From assembly GCA_036732145.1 (NCBI GenBank), contig DAINCY010000005.1:443-64442 (forward strand): 64,000 bases of DNA. Reading direction: 5' to 3'. The position numbers were made by a program, and so were the translations under genes. This document shows, piece after piece, positions 53,014 to 62,146 of the stretch. Within the stretch, counting starts at the first letter, position 1. Each line of letters opens with the position of its first letter. Below the pieces are notes generated by a model. The model was not told the DNA's origin. It made no database searches and worked only from the letters and a program-made list of their open reading frames with translations. Source of the DNA: Candidatus Dormiibacterota bacterium (GTDB lineage Bacteria; Chloroflexota; Dormibacteria; Aeolococcales; Aeolococcaceae).

Positions 53014-54126
53014 TCAATGCAGGAGCTGAAGGGTGTTGAGGGCGTCGTCGACGAAGTACAGGCCCCTCCCCTGCGGAGTCACCACGAGGCCGAACAGGGC
53101 ACCAGCTCCGGGCGGCGAGCCGTTGGCGTCGAGTTGCATGACAGCAACCTGAGCGCCAGCGGGCGTGGTCTCGACGAGATTGCCGTCCGCCCCGTTGACG
53201 GTGAGGACGTTGCCGTTCGGCGCGATGGTGAGGCCCAACGGGTCGTTGAGAGCGCCGTTTGTGCTCACGTCGAGACCGGTCATCGCACTGTCATGTCGGG
53301 TGAGCGCGTCAGGGATCGCGGCGATTCTGTTGTTGAGACTGTCGGCCACGTAGAGAGTGCCGTGGCGGCCCATGCCAACCCCGGTGGGCCCGATAACGAG
53401 CGCGTTTGGATCAGTGATTTCGGCAAAGCCAGAGCCAATCACCGTGCTGGACATCTCCTCAGGCGCTTCGCCCCGCTCGATGCGAAGGTCGATTCGCACC
53501 ACCGTCCCCCTGTTGACGACCACTCCGTTGCCGGCCACCGTGCCGTTGAGAACGTTGGTCACGAACAGGGCGGCGCCCGCCTTGGTGGGAACCGCGGTCA
53601 TGTCCCAGGGACCGTTGATGCCATGCCCGGACATGGTTCCAACGACGTGACCCTCGCTGTCAAGCACGATGAGGCATCCCGCTCCGGCAGTCGCACTGCT
53701 GCCATCGGTCGTGGGAAGGCTGCCGACCACCACAAAGCCGTGCGGGAGCACGCTGAGCGCGGTGGTCAGGCCAACGCCACCGGGGCAGCGCCCCGAGAGG
53801 TGTGAGGCATCGATGTTGGCGAAAAGACGGAGCGATCCCTTCGGTGACATCTCGACAATGGTCGTTCCGGTGCCCTGCAGGTTGCTGACGGCGTTGAAGT
53901 TACTGACCAGCACATCACCGGCGGTCAGGTCGCCCATGGTGCGAGGTACCACGACCATTCCGTACGGATTGATGTCCCCATTTGCGGGAACCGTGCTGGC
54001 GATCTGGCTGATCGTCGACAGGCCGCCCACGAAGCTTCCGGCGGCAAACACCGGCGACACCTGGAGCGCGGCCGCCAGAGCTGCGGTGAGCAATCCGCCC
54101 ACGCGGTATCCACGTCGTCGCGTCAT
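53014..54126 (-). CDS. secreted beta-propeller protein (NHL/TolB-like repeats) with twin-arginine-type signal peptide
   Basis: MTRRRGYRVGGLLTAALAAALQVSPVFA|AGS. Repeated segments of the type 'G..YV.D..NN.I' and 'P.G.....G.L.V'. Strong SD (AGGAGG) upstream. Confidence 0.6.
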   Translation of the reverse strand: MTRRRGYRVGGLLTAALAAALQVSPVFAAGSFVGGLSTISQIASTVPANGDINPYGMVVVPRTMGDLTAGDVLVSNFNAVSNLQGTGTTIVEMSPKGSLRLFANIDASHLSGRCPGGVGLTTALSVLPHGFVVVGSLPTTDGSSATAGAGCLIVLDSEGHVVGTMSGHGINGPWDMTAVPTKAGAALFVTNVLNGTVAGNGVVVNRGTVVRIDLRIERGEAPEEMSSTVIGSGFAEITDPNALVIGPTGVGMGRHGTLYVADSLNNRIAAIPDALTRHDSAMTGLDVSTNGALNDPLGLTIAPNGNVLTVNGADGNLVETTPAGAQVAVMQLDANGSPPGAGALFGLVVTPQGRGLYFVDDALNTLQLLH

Positions 54127-54154
54127 GTCAGATCCTCCTCAGTGGCCGCAGCAG

Positions 54155-54175
54155 ATGCGCTGTTCGAGAGCGCAT
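54155..54175. other. perfect inverted repeat ATGCGCT-gttcgag-AGCGCAT (terminator after tatC or operator of the propeller gene)
   Basis: Read directly. It lies 83 nt downstream of the tatC stop and 29 nt upstream of the propeller-gene ATG. Confidence 0.3.
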
Positions 54176-54257
54176 GGCGGGATTGTCCGCGGGCTGTGGT
54201 CGGAACCGGAAGACGACGATGGTCTTAAGACACCTCGCCAACCCATGCCGGCGAAGG

Positions 54258-55004
54258 TCAGCGCTTGAGCACCTTGTCGAGAATGAGGACTGACGCCTCG
54301 AAGAAAAGGATGAGCGGGATGAAGAGAGCCGTCGGCGTGTAGGGATCCGCACCCGGGGTGACGACGAGCGCGGCGACGATGATTCCCACCCAGATCCCCT
54401 TGCGCTTTCTGCGCAGCAGCCGTGACGACACGATGCCGACCATGCCCAGCAGGATGATCACCACCGGCAGCTCGAAAGTGACCCCGAAAGCGACGATGAG
54501 CAGCAGGAGGAAGGACAGGTAGGAGTTGATGTCCGGCAGGTAGATGGCGCTGTTGCCCAGGAACGTCGCCAGGAAATTGAGGCCGATCGGCATCACGAAG
54601 TAGGCGAATCCGGCGCCGGCGACGAACAGCAGGAACGCCGAGCCGACGAACGGCCCGACGAACTTCCTCTCGACCGGACGCAACCCGGGAGCGACGAATC
54701 CCCAGACCTGCCAGAGGATGACGGGGAGCGCGCCGATCAGCCCCACGATCGCAGAGATCTTGATGGGGATGGTGAGCCCCTCCGTCGGGCTCGTGAAGAT
54801 CGCGGTCGAGGTGATGTGATTGGTCTTCGCCAGCACGGTCGTCAGCGGGCGCAGCAGGAACTCGAAGATCGCGCCATGGAAGACGAAGGCCACCACCGTC
54901 GCAACCATCCAGGCGACCGCCGAGATGAGCAGGACACGGCGAAGCTCCTGGAAGTGCTCGACGACGGTCATCCGGCCGGCGTCGCCGACCACTCCCTGCA
55001 TCAC
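54258..55004 (-). CDS. tatC: twin-arginine translocase subunit TatC
   Basis: 248 aa and six helices, with VEHFQELRRVLL near the N-terminus and typical TatC loops. Confidence 0.9.
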   Translation of the reverse strand: MMQGVVGDAGRMTVVEHFQELRRVLLISAVAWMVATVVAFVFHGAIFEFLLRPLTTVLAKTNHITSTAIFTSPTEGLTIPIKISAIVGLIGALPVILWQVWGFVAPGLRPVERKFVGPFVGSAFLLFVAGAGFAYFVMPIGLNFLATFLGNSAIYLPDINSYLSFLLLLIVAFGVTFELPVVIILLGMVGIVSSRLLRRKRKGIWVGIIVAALVVTPGADPYTPTALFIPLILFFEASVLILDKVLKR

Positions 55005-55033
55005 TCAGCGCCTCGGTGGGACTGCCGTCTACC

Positions 55034-55297
55034 TCACCCGTTGCCGGTGTGGTTCGAAGGCGCGGTGACCGGCTGACCGACCGCGTCGGTCGCGGCAGCC
55101 GCGACCGGTGGCAGGCTGTCCGCGCGAGTGACGGCCGAGAACTGCTCCTTGGTCTCGCTCGAGGCCTTGCGGAACTCGCGAATCGCGCGTCCCATGCCGG
55201 ATCCGACGTCGGGCAGCTTGCCCGGGCCCCAGATGATCAGGACGATGACGAGCACGACGCCAAGAAGCCAAATGTGACCGGTACCAACGAACGGCAT
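55034..55297 (-). CDS. tatA: twin-arginine translocase subunit TatA/E
   Basis: The track ORF was trimmed to ATG 55297 (GGAGG upstream). It has a single TM ([22 protein letters not shown]) followed by an amphipathic helix ([14 protein letters not shown]). Confidence 0.85.
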   Translation of the reverse strand: MPFVGTGHIWLLGVVLVIVLIIWGPGKLPDVGSGMGRAIREFRKASSETKEQFSAVTRADSLPPVAAAATDAVGQPVTAPSNHTGNG

Positions 55298-55475
55298 GTC
55301 GCACCTCCATTCAAACTGTTCACGGGCGCCGGATATGGACCTCGTGCCTGAAGCTGTGTACGGCATGCTGGTGCCTTCAGATCACTCCGTGCGGCACAGC
55401 GCGGCTGGGCCGAGTCGGCAGCCGATCTCTGACGCCGTCTGGGCCAGGGCTGCGACCCGACGCCGTGAGCTGGGG

Positions 55476-56288
55476 CTAGAGAACCCGGACGGCGTCGCCG
55501 AGGCGCACTCGCCCGGCCTGGAGGACCTCACCCCAGACGCCGAACGGCAAGGGTTCGGTCGATGTGACGCGGTCACGCAGCTCGCGCAACAGGTGCAGGG
55601 TGGGAAGATCGACGGCACCCTCAGTGGGATGCTGGGTCGTGACCGCGCATCGGCCGACGTTTCCGTTGACCCGCACAGACGCGTCCCCGATTCCCACGAT
55701 GCGGTCGACCCACGCATCCTCGTCGAACGGTGCCAGGCCCTCGACGCCGACGGTCATTCGAAAGCGGCGGCGGTCAACCCGCGGCAGCCTCGCGGCCCTG
55801 GCAAGCGCGTCGACCGATGCGCTGGACAGCAGGGTGACGCCGCCGCCCTGGCGCCGGTCAACGCCATCACCGGCATCGACCGGCTGCACGAGGCACAGTT
55901 CAGTGCCTGCCCATGTGGAGAGCGCGGCCGACCACGGGCCGACGACGGGACGTACGGCGCGTTCCTCCCCATATGCAAGCATGGCCGTGGGGGCGCCGAG
56001 GTCGACCTCGCCACTGACGACCTGGCCATCGGGAAAGCGCAGTGTCAAGGCGATGTACGGTGGTGCGCACTCGGCGACCACCTGCACCAGCACCCCGAGC
56101 CGCTTGCCGTTGACGAGGTGACCGTCGGGGTCGGTGACGACGAACCGGCGGTCGCCGCGGGCGCCGTGCCGGTCGAGCTGGATCTCGGCGACCTCCTGAA
56201 CCCGCAGCCCCTTCACAGGCGCGACCGACAGCCAGGCGACAGACGCCGCGACCGGGGCCGGGTTGGGGACACTGAGCACGATGCTCAA
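55476..56288 (-). CDS. MOSC domain-containing protein (with N-terminal beta-barrel domain)
   Basis: 270 aa with a conserved C-terminal cysteine context (VNGNVGRCAVTTQHP). Confidence 0.8.
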   Translation of the reverse strand: MSIVLSVPNPAPVAASVAWLSVAPVKGLRVQEVAEIQLDRHGARGDRRFVVTDPDGHLVNGKRLGVLVQVVAECAPPYIALTLRFPDGQVVSGEVDLGAPTAMLAYGEERAVRPVVGPWSAALSTWAGTELCLVQPVDAGDGVDRRQGGGVTLLSSASVDALARAARLPRVDRRRFRMTVGVEGLAPFDEDAWVDRIVGIGDASVRVNGNVGRCAVTTQHPTEGAVDLPTLHLLRELRDRVTSTEPLPFGVWGEVLQAGRVRLGDAVRVL

Positions 56289-56349
56289 GACAGTACCGGC
56301 TGCGAACGCGTCGTCACCGGTCCAACAAAGCCCTCGCGTCTGATGCGCG

Positions 56350-57156
56350 TCAGCCGGTGAGCGCCACCGTCGACGTGTCGAGGGTGACGCGATCGATGCG
56401 CAAGAGGGTCATGTTGGCCAGCCTCTGCCAGCCGTCATCGGCCGGCTGCGGGAACCCCGATGACGCCACCACCACGGAGGTCGCATCGGCGCGGTAGGAG
56501 ATTTCGTAGAAGGTGGTATCCGGTTCCGTCGACGAGCTTGCGCCACCCGACGACTCACCCATCATCGGTACCCGGGAGGGATCGTGGGCGCTGATCACCT
56601 GCAGGGTGTCGGGCGTCAACACCATCGCGTTCAGGCTGGTGGGGCTGAAGTCGTCGAAGATGCGGCGCACCACCTCGGCAACCGCCTGCGCCACGGTCTC
56701 ACCCTGGCTGAGGTGTGCCACGATCGACAGGAAGTAGCGCTCGCTGTCTGTCGTGCCCGCGAGCTGCGACTCCCAACCCGCCGGCACCAGCTCGGTGGTG
56801 CGGTTGATCGGATGGATGGCGCCGTTGTGGGCGAACGCCATCGACCCGTGCACGAAGGGATGTGTGTTGGCCGCGATGATGGGCAGCCCCGGAGTGGCCC
56901 ATCGCAGATGCACGAAGCCCGCGTCGGTCGCGGCGGAGGTGGTCAGCTCGGCGAAGCGTGGGTCGTCGGCGGCGCATGTCGTCGACCGCTCCACCGGTGG
57001 CGGGCCGATGCTCCGCACCTCCGGCGGCCACCAGGCCATGCCCCACCCGTCCGCGTGCTGGCGGGAGAGCGCTGTGAATCCGGCGAGCTCAGCCCTGCCC
57101 AGCGCGTCTGCGACCGTCATCGGCCGCCGGGCGGCCCACCCGAGCAGGCGGCACAT
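56350..57156 (-). CDS. class II (Ntn-type) glutamine amidotransferase-like protein (EgtC/YafJ-like)
   Basis: N-terminal MCRLLGW places the nucleophilic Cys2 correctly. It also has HLRWAT, NTHPF and AFAHNG. Confidence 0.8.
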   Translation of the reverse strand: MCRLLGWAARRPMTVADALGRAELAGFTALSRQHADGWGMAWWPPEVRSIGPPPVERSTTCAADDPRFAELTTSAATDAGFVHLRWATPGLPIIAANTHPFVHGSMAFAHNGAIHPINRTTELVPAGWESQLAGTTDSERYFLSIVAHLSQGETVAQAVAEVVRRIFDDFSPTSLNAMVLTPDTLQVISAHDPSRVPMMGESSGGASSSTEPDTTFYEISYRADATSVVVASSGFPQPADDGWQRLANMTLLRIDRVTLDTSTVALTG

Positions 57157-57938
57157 CAGACGTACTTGCCCATACCGCCGGCGACGTCGATCGAGGTGCC
57201 GGTGAGGTAGCTGGCGCGGTCGCTCGAGAGGAAGGCCACCAGGCCGCTCACCTCCCCGACGGTTCCAAAGCGACCGAGGGGCACCTCGTCCCTGGCGAGG
57301 CCGGCGAAGAACTCGTCGTCACTCGCGTCAGGCGCTCGGCGCGCCTTGATGTTCTGCCACTGCGGCGTGATCACGAAACCGATGTTGACACTGTTGACCA
57401 GAATGCCCTCGGGTCCAAGCTCGCGTGCCAGCGCCTTGGTGAAGTTGAGACAGGCTGCGCGGTTCACCGTGGTGGCGAAGAACGTGGGGTCGGGGTAGCG
57501 CGCATACACCGAGTTGATGTTGATGACCCGCGCTGCCCTGCTGCGACGCAGGTGTTCGAGCGCCGCCCGCGTGCAGCGGATCTGCGAGAAGAGCTTGACG
57601 TCAAGGTCCGCCCGCCAGTCATCGTCGGTCAGCGACTCGAAGTTCCCAGGATGAGCCGCGCCCGCGTTGTTGACGAGAATGTCAAGCGCACCGAGCGCCT
57701 CGACGGAGCGAGAGACGAGGTCGGTGATCTGCGCGGGGTCGGTGACGTCGGTGACCTGCGCGTAGACGGTGCATCCCGAGCCGCGCAGCTTTTCGGCCGC
57801 CGCATCAAGCTCGCGCGGGTGGCGCGCGCAGATGGCCACGTGGACACCCTCGGCGACGAGTTCCTCGGCGACGGCCAGACCGATTCCCTTCGATCCGCCG
57901 GTGACGAGCGCTCGCCGGCCACGGAGGTTGAGGTCCAA
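57156..57938 (-). CDS. SDR family oxidoreductase
   Basis: ALVTGGSKGIG, NNAG and Y-x3-K (the YARYPD... region). 1-nt overlap with the next gene. Confidence 0.85.
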   Translation of the reverse strand: MDLNLRGRRALVTGGSKGIGLAVAEELVAEGVHVAICARHPRELDAAAEKLRGSGCTVYAQVTDVTDPAQITDLVSRSVEALGALDILVNNAGAAHPGNFESLTDDDWRADLDVKLFSQIRCTRAALEHLRRSRAARVININSVYARYPDPTFFATTVNRAACLNFTKALARELGPEGILVNSVNIGFVITPQWQNIKARRAPDASDDEFFAGLARDEVPLGRFGTVGEVSGLVAFLSSDRASYLTGTSIDVAGGMGKYV

Positions 57939-58361
57939 CTACACAACTCCACCTGGAGGCGAGGCCTGACTGTGCGCATGCTCGAGGAGCGAGCGCCGTG
58001 GCGGGTTGAACACGTCGACCTCCCGGCACGACGCGCCGCGTGTGCGCGCCCCGTGGCGCACCCAGCTGGGGATGACCGCGACGTCGCCGGCGCGCATGGT
58101 GCGGACATCGCCATCGATGTCGAACTCGAACTCACCCTCGATCACGAGAACGATCTGCTCCTCCTCGTGCACGTGGATCGGAGCCTCCGTATGCGGCTCG
58201 AAGGACACGAAGTTGAGCATGGTGCGCTCGGTGAGCACCGGCCGGAAGCCCAGTCCTGGCACGAACTCGATGGAGGCGATGGCGTTGACGTCGACATAGC
58301 GGCCCGGGGCTGTGGGCGTGCCCCCTGCCTGTGTGCTGAAGTGTTGCGCGGCGTCGGTCAT
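57939..58361 (-). CDS. cupin domain protein
   Basis: 140 aa with cupin motifs HVHEEEQIVLVIEGEFEF and GDVAVIPSWVRHG. Confidence 0.75.
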   Translation of the reverse strand: MTDAAQHFSTQAGGTPTAPGRYVDVNAIASIEFVPGLGFRPVLTERTMLNFVSFEPHTEAPIHVHEEEQIVLVIEGEFEFDIDGDVRTMRAGDVAVIPSWVRHGARTRGASCREVDVFNPPRRSLLEHAHSQASPPGGVV

Positions 58362-59569
58362 CGATTCTCCAGTGCTGATCTGATCAGTTTCCCAAGGCGT
58401 GCGACACCCTCGTCGATGTCGTCGTCGCCGGCCAGGCTATAGGCGAGACGGAGCGTGTTGCCGCCGTCGGCGTGCGGATGGAAGGGTCGCCCGGGTACGA
58501 ACGCCACCCCGGCGTCGCGGGCCTGGCGGGCGATGTCGACGGTGTCGAGCCATCCGGGTCCGCTGAGCCAGGTGAAGAACCCGCCACGTGGACGGGTCCA
58601 GGTGATTTCGGAGGGCATGTGCTCGTCCAGCGCGGCCAGCATGCGCCTGCAACGTTCCGAGTACAACGCGTTCGAGAGGCGCAGCTGCGGGTCCATGTGG
58701 CCGCCGCGGAGGTACTCCTCGAGCAGTCGCTGACCCAGCGCCCCGGCGCACTGGTCTGAGTTCTGCTTGGCGACGACCATCTGTGCGATCGCCTCCGCCG
58801 GCCCCACAGCCCAGCCGAGCCGTACGCCCGGGAAGAAGGTCTTGGAGGTGGTGCCCACCTGGACGACGACGTCGGGACCCAGCGACCACAGCGTCGGCGG
58901 ACGGTACGGTGTGAAGGTGAGCTCGCGGTAGGCCACATCTTCGATGACGAGCACGCCGTGGTGGCGGCAGATCTCCACGAGGGCCGCCCGCCGCTCTGCT
59001 GACATGGTGATGCCGGTCGGGTTCTGGTGGTCGGGGATGCTGTAGACGAGCGTCGGCGGCGAACCGCTGCGACACAGGCGCTCGAGCGCTTCGGTGTCGA
59101 TGCCATCTTCGTCGACGGGGATCCCACGGACCTCGGCTTCCATGCCTCGGAACCCGCCGATGGCCCCGAGGTAGGTCGGCGACTCGACGGCGACGACGTC
59201 GCCAGGATTGAGCATCGCCCTGGCAACCAGGCCCAGGGCGTCGATGATGCCGCTGGTGACCATCAGCTCGTCCGAATCGGGGCGCCGTTCCTCGGCCTGG
59301 GCGAGACGGTCGGCGAGGGCGTCTCGAAGCCCGGGCAGGCCGGGCGTTGGCGAGTACTGGAGTGCGACTGCCGCGTCGCCGCGGAGAAGCTGCGCGGTCA
59401 AGTCGCCGAGCACCGCGACCGGGAACGTCTGCGGGTCCGGCAGGCCACCGGCGAAGGAGATGAGGTCGGTATCACTGGCGAGCGCCAGGATGGCCGCGAG
59501 CTCGCCACTGGCGCCGTGAGTGCGCCGCGCGAACGCCGGCGACCAGCGCCGTGTTGGAAGCGTCTTCAT
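58358..59569 (-). CDS. class I/II PLP-dependent aminotransferase (2-aminoadipate/aromatic aminotransferase-like)
   Basis: LISFAGGLPDPQTFP, YSIPDHQNPTG, and the SKTFFPGVRLGW PLP-lysine region. The start was set to ATG 59569 (GAGGAG 7 nt upstream). ATG 59590 is an alternative. Confidence 0.8.
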   Translation of the reverse strand: MKTLPTRRWSPAFARRTHGASGELAAILALASDTDLISFAGGLPDPQTFPVAVLGDLTAQLLRGDAAVALQYSPTPGLPGLRDALADRLAQAEERRPDSDELMVTSGIIDALGLVARAMLNPGDVVAVESPTYLGAIGGFRGMEAEVRGIPVDEDGIDTEALERLCRSGSPPTLVYSIPDHQNPTGITMSAERRAALVEICRHHGVLVIEDVAYRELTFTPYRPPTLWSLGPDVVVQVGTTSKTFFPGVRLGWAVGPAEAIAQMVVAKQNSDQCAGALGQRLLEEYLRGGHMDPQLRLSNALYSERCRRMLAALDEHMPSEITWTRPRGGFFTWLSGPGWLDTVDIARQARDAGVAFVPGRPFHPHADGGNTLRLAYSLAGDDDIDEGVARLGKLIRSALENR

Positions 59570-59705
59570 GAAGCGTCTCCTCGCGGCCATCTTGACACTG
59601 CCCAGCGCGACCGGCAGACTCTGCCGGCCGATACGGCTCGCCTGACAGGGGATGTTGCCGAATTGTCGCGCGAATGGCAAGCGCCCGGAGGGACGCAGCT
59701 AACAC

Positions 59706-60278
59706 ATGGCTGACGCGACGGCTCCACTTTCGGGTCTCGTCGATGTCGTCGCCCGGCCGGCCCGGCCGGCTGCGCTGGACGCCGTCGACCTCGATCTCTT
59801 GCGCCTCCTCGCGACGGATGCGCGGATGTCGCAGCGCCGTCTGGCCCGTGACCTGGGGATGTCGCCGCCCGCGGTCGGCGAGCGCATCGCCCGGCTGGAG
59901 CGGTCGGGAGTGATCCGCGCCTACACCATCGACATCGGCTGGGCCGAGGCCGGCTACCCGGTGACCGTCTACCTGGCCATCACCGCAGTGCAGGGCCACC
60001 CCCAGGCGCCGGTCATCGAGGCACTGCGGGCGCTCCCCGAGGTGGCCGACATCACCGTCGTCACCGGCACCATCGACCTGCTCGCGCGGCTGCTGGTGCG
60101 CGACCACAACCACCTCCGCGAACTGCTGCTCGAGCGGGTGTGGCAGATCCCGGGGGTGCAACGCACCGAGACGCTGCTGACTCTTGCCGAGATGCAGCCC
60201 AAGCGTTTCGCGACCCAGCTCATCGACTCGATGCGGGCAGCTCTCGACGGCCAGGCAAACCATGGAGGGGCAGCGTGA
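59706..60278 (+). CDS. Lrp/AsnC family transcriptional regulator
   Basis: HTH (LDLLRLLATDARMSQRRLARDLGMSPPAVGERIARLERSGVI) plus a C-terminal RAM-like domain. Confidence 0.85.
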   Translation: MADATAPLSGLVDVVARPARPAALDAVDLDLLRLLATDARMSQRRLARDLGMSPPAVGERIARLERSGVIRAYTIDIGWAEAGYPVTVYLAITAVQGHPQAPVIEALRALPEVADITVVTGTIDLLARLLVRDHNHLRELLLERVWQIPGVQRTETLLTLAEMQPKRFATQLIDSMRAALDGQANHGGAA

Positions 60279-61789
60279 GCAAGGAGAGCCACGGCAACAC
60301 GACCGACCACGGCATCGGCATCCCGGGGTTCGTCTCCAAGCACGGACTGCACACCGCGGAGCAGCTCGAGACGGCCAGGAGGGTGGCGGCCGAGATCCGC
60401 GACAAGGAACTGCGCACTGTGCGCGTCGTGCTTGTAGACCAACATGGGGTGCCACGCACCAAGTTCCTCTCGGCCGAGGCGGCGATCGCTGCGATGAGCA
60501 ACGGGGCAGACTTCTCGGGCGCCATCTACAGCCTCGACACCGGCAACGCCGTGTTCCCACCCGCATTCGGCGCCGGCGGCGGCTTCGGCATCGAGGAATT
60601 CACCGGCTTCCCCGACGTGATGATCGTGCCCGACCCATCGACCTTTCGGGTTCTGCCGTGGGCGGATCGCACCGGCTGGGTGCTGTGTGACGTGTACTTC
60701 AGCAACGGCAGGCCGGTGCCGCTGGATGGGCGAGCCATCCTGCGCCAGCAGCTGCAGCGACTCGAGGAGGCCGGGTACGCGTATACCGCGGGGCTCGAGG
60801 TGGAGTACTACATCGTCCGCCTGGCGAGCGACCGCATCGGTCTGGACCAGACGGGGGCGCCGGCACCACCGCCCGCGGTCGAGGTCTTCGAGCAGGGCTA
60901 CCAATTCCTCTCCGAAACTCGGCTCGACGGCGTCGAGAGCACGGTCAGCGCCCTGCGCGACGGCCTGCACGACATCGGACTTCCGCCCCGCTCCATGGAG
61001 GATGAGTGGGGTCCCGGGCAGATGGAGTTCACCTTCAGCCCGCTGACCGGTCTCTTCGCGGCCGACGCGATGATCATGTTCCGCACCGCGGTGAAGGCGA
61101 TCTGCCGCCGTCGCGGACTGCTGGCCACCTTCATGTGCTGGCCCGGATTGCCGAACTTCTTCCCCTCCGGATGGCATCTCCATGAGTCGCTCGTCGACGC
61201 TGCCAGCGGGGACAACGTCTTCGCGTCCGACACCGAGATGCTGTCACAGCTTGGACGCCACTTCGTGGGCGGTCTGCTCGAGCACGCCAAGCCGATGACC
61301 ATCTTCACCACCCCGACAGTCAACGGCTACGGACGGTTCCGTCCCTACTCCTTCGCTCCGGACCGCATCGGGTGGGCGCTGGAGAACCGCGGCGCCATGG
61401 TGCGCGTTCAGGGCGGCGCCGGCGACAAAGGCACGCACATCGAGAACCGTCTCGGCGAGCCGGCGGCCAACCCCTACCTCTACATGGCAGCGAACATCGC
61501 CGCGGGGCGGGACGGCATCAGCCGCGCGGTGGAGCCGCCGCCACCCGTCTCCGCGGACCCGTACGCGGAGGAGGCCGAGCTGCTGCCGACATCGCTGGGA
61601 GCGGCCATCGGCGCACTCGAGGGCGACACGCTCTTCCGCCGCGAATTCGGTGAGGCGTTCGTCGACTACTACCTGATGATGAAACGCGCTGAGAACGCGC
61701 GCTACGAGGCTGCTCTGGCCGAGAACCCAACGCCTGAAGGGCAGGTCGTGTCCGAGTGGGAGATGCGTGAGTACTTCGAGGTCTACTGA
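60275..61789 (+). CDS. glutamine synthetase family protein (gamma-glutamyl-amine ligase, PuuA/GlnA3-like)
   Basis: The GTG start forms a GTGA overlap with the Lrp stop (track ORF 60140.. trimmed). It has an N-terminal beta-grasp (VRVVLVDQHGVPRTKF) and the catalytic region EWGPGQMEFTF, GWHLHESL and NRGAMVR. Confidence 0.85.
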   Translation: MSKESHGNTTDHGIGIPGFVSKHGLHTAEQLETARRVAAEIRDKELRTVRVVLVDQHGVPRTKFLSAEAAIAAMSNGADFSGAIYSLDTGNAVFPPAFGAGGGFGIEEFTGFPDVMIVPDPSTFRVLPWADRTGWVLCDVYFSNGRPVPLDGRAILRQQLQRLEEAGYAYTAGLEVEYYIVRLASDRIGLDQTGAPAPPPAVEVFEQGYQFLSETRLDGVESTVSALRDGLHDIGLPPRSMEDEWGPGQMEFTFSPLTGLFAADAMIMFRTAVKAICRRRGLLATFMCWPGLPNFFPSGWHLHESLVDAASGDNVFASDTEMLSQLGRHFVGGLLEHAKPMTIFTTPTVNGYGRFRPYSFAPDRIGWALENRGAMVRVQGGAGDKGTHIENRLGEPAANPYLYMAANIAAGRDGISRAVEPPPPVSADPYAEEAELLPTSLGAAIGALEGDTLFRREFGEAFVDYYLMMKRAENARYEAALAENPTPEGQVVSEWEMREYFEVY

Positions 61790-61792
61790 GAC

Positions 61793-62146
61793 ATGATGCT
61801 CCAGCACATCGTGCTGTTCTCCTTTCCGGAGGAGCTCTCCGAGACGGACGCGTCCGACATGCGCAGCCAGGTGGCTGCGTGGCCGACCGCGATCGGCGGC
61901 ATGACACGGCTGCGCTTCGGTAGCGATCTGACCGGCGCGCGGACCAACGGATACTCGCGCCTGCTGTGCATGGAGTTCGCCGGTACCGACGAGTTGAAGG
62001 CGTACCAGCAGCACCCCGTGCACCAGGCGTTCCACCGCTGGCTCATGGAGCGGCAGTGCACCCCCCTGGGGTTCGACTACTTCCTCGACACCGACACGGT
62101 TCTCATGCCTGAGGATCGCAAACACGAGGCGGAGGAGAGGCGATGA
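61793..62146 (+). CDS. Dabb (stress-responsive alpha/beta-barrel) domain protein
   Basis: 117 aa with IVLFSFPEE...AYQQHPVHQAF. Confidence 0.7.
   Translation: MMLQHIVLFSFPEELSETDASDMRSQVAAWPTAIGGMTRLRFGSDLTGARTNGYSRLLCMEFAGTDELKAYQQHPVHQAFHRWLMERQCTPLGFDYFLDTDTVLMPEDRKHEAEERR

Noticed and set aside
59556-59579. Direct repeat GAAGCGTCT (x2) and palindrome CTTCATGAAG around the aminotransferase start
   Set aside because: It overlaps the start codon and coding sequence, is short and GC-neutral, and may be coincidental. No regulator-specific pattern was recognised.
59472-61183. 364-aa and 404-aa minus-strand ORFs (59472..60566, 59969..61183)
   Set aside because: They are antisense to the Lrp and GS-like genes, whose conserved motifs are on the plus strand.
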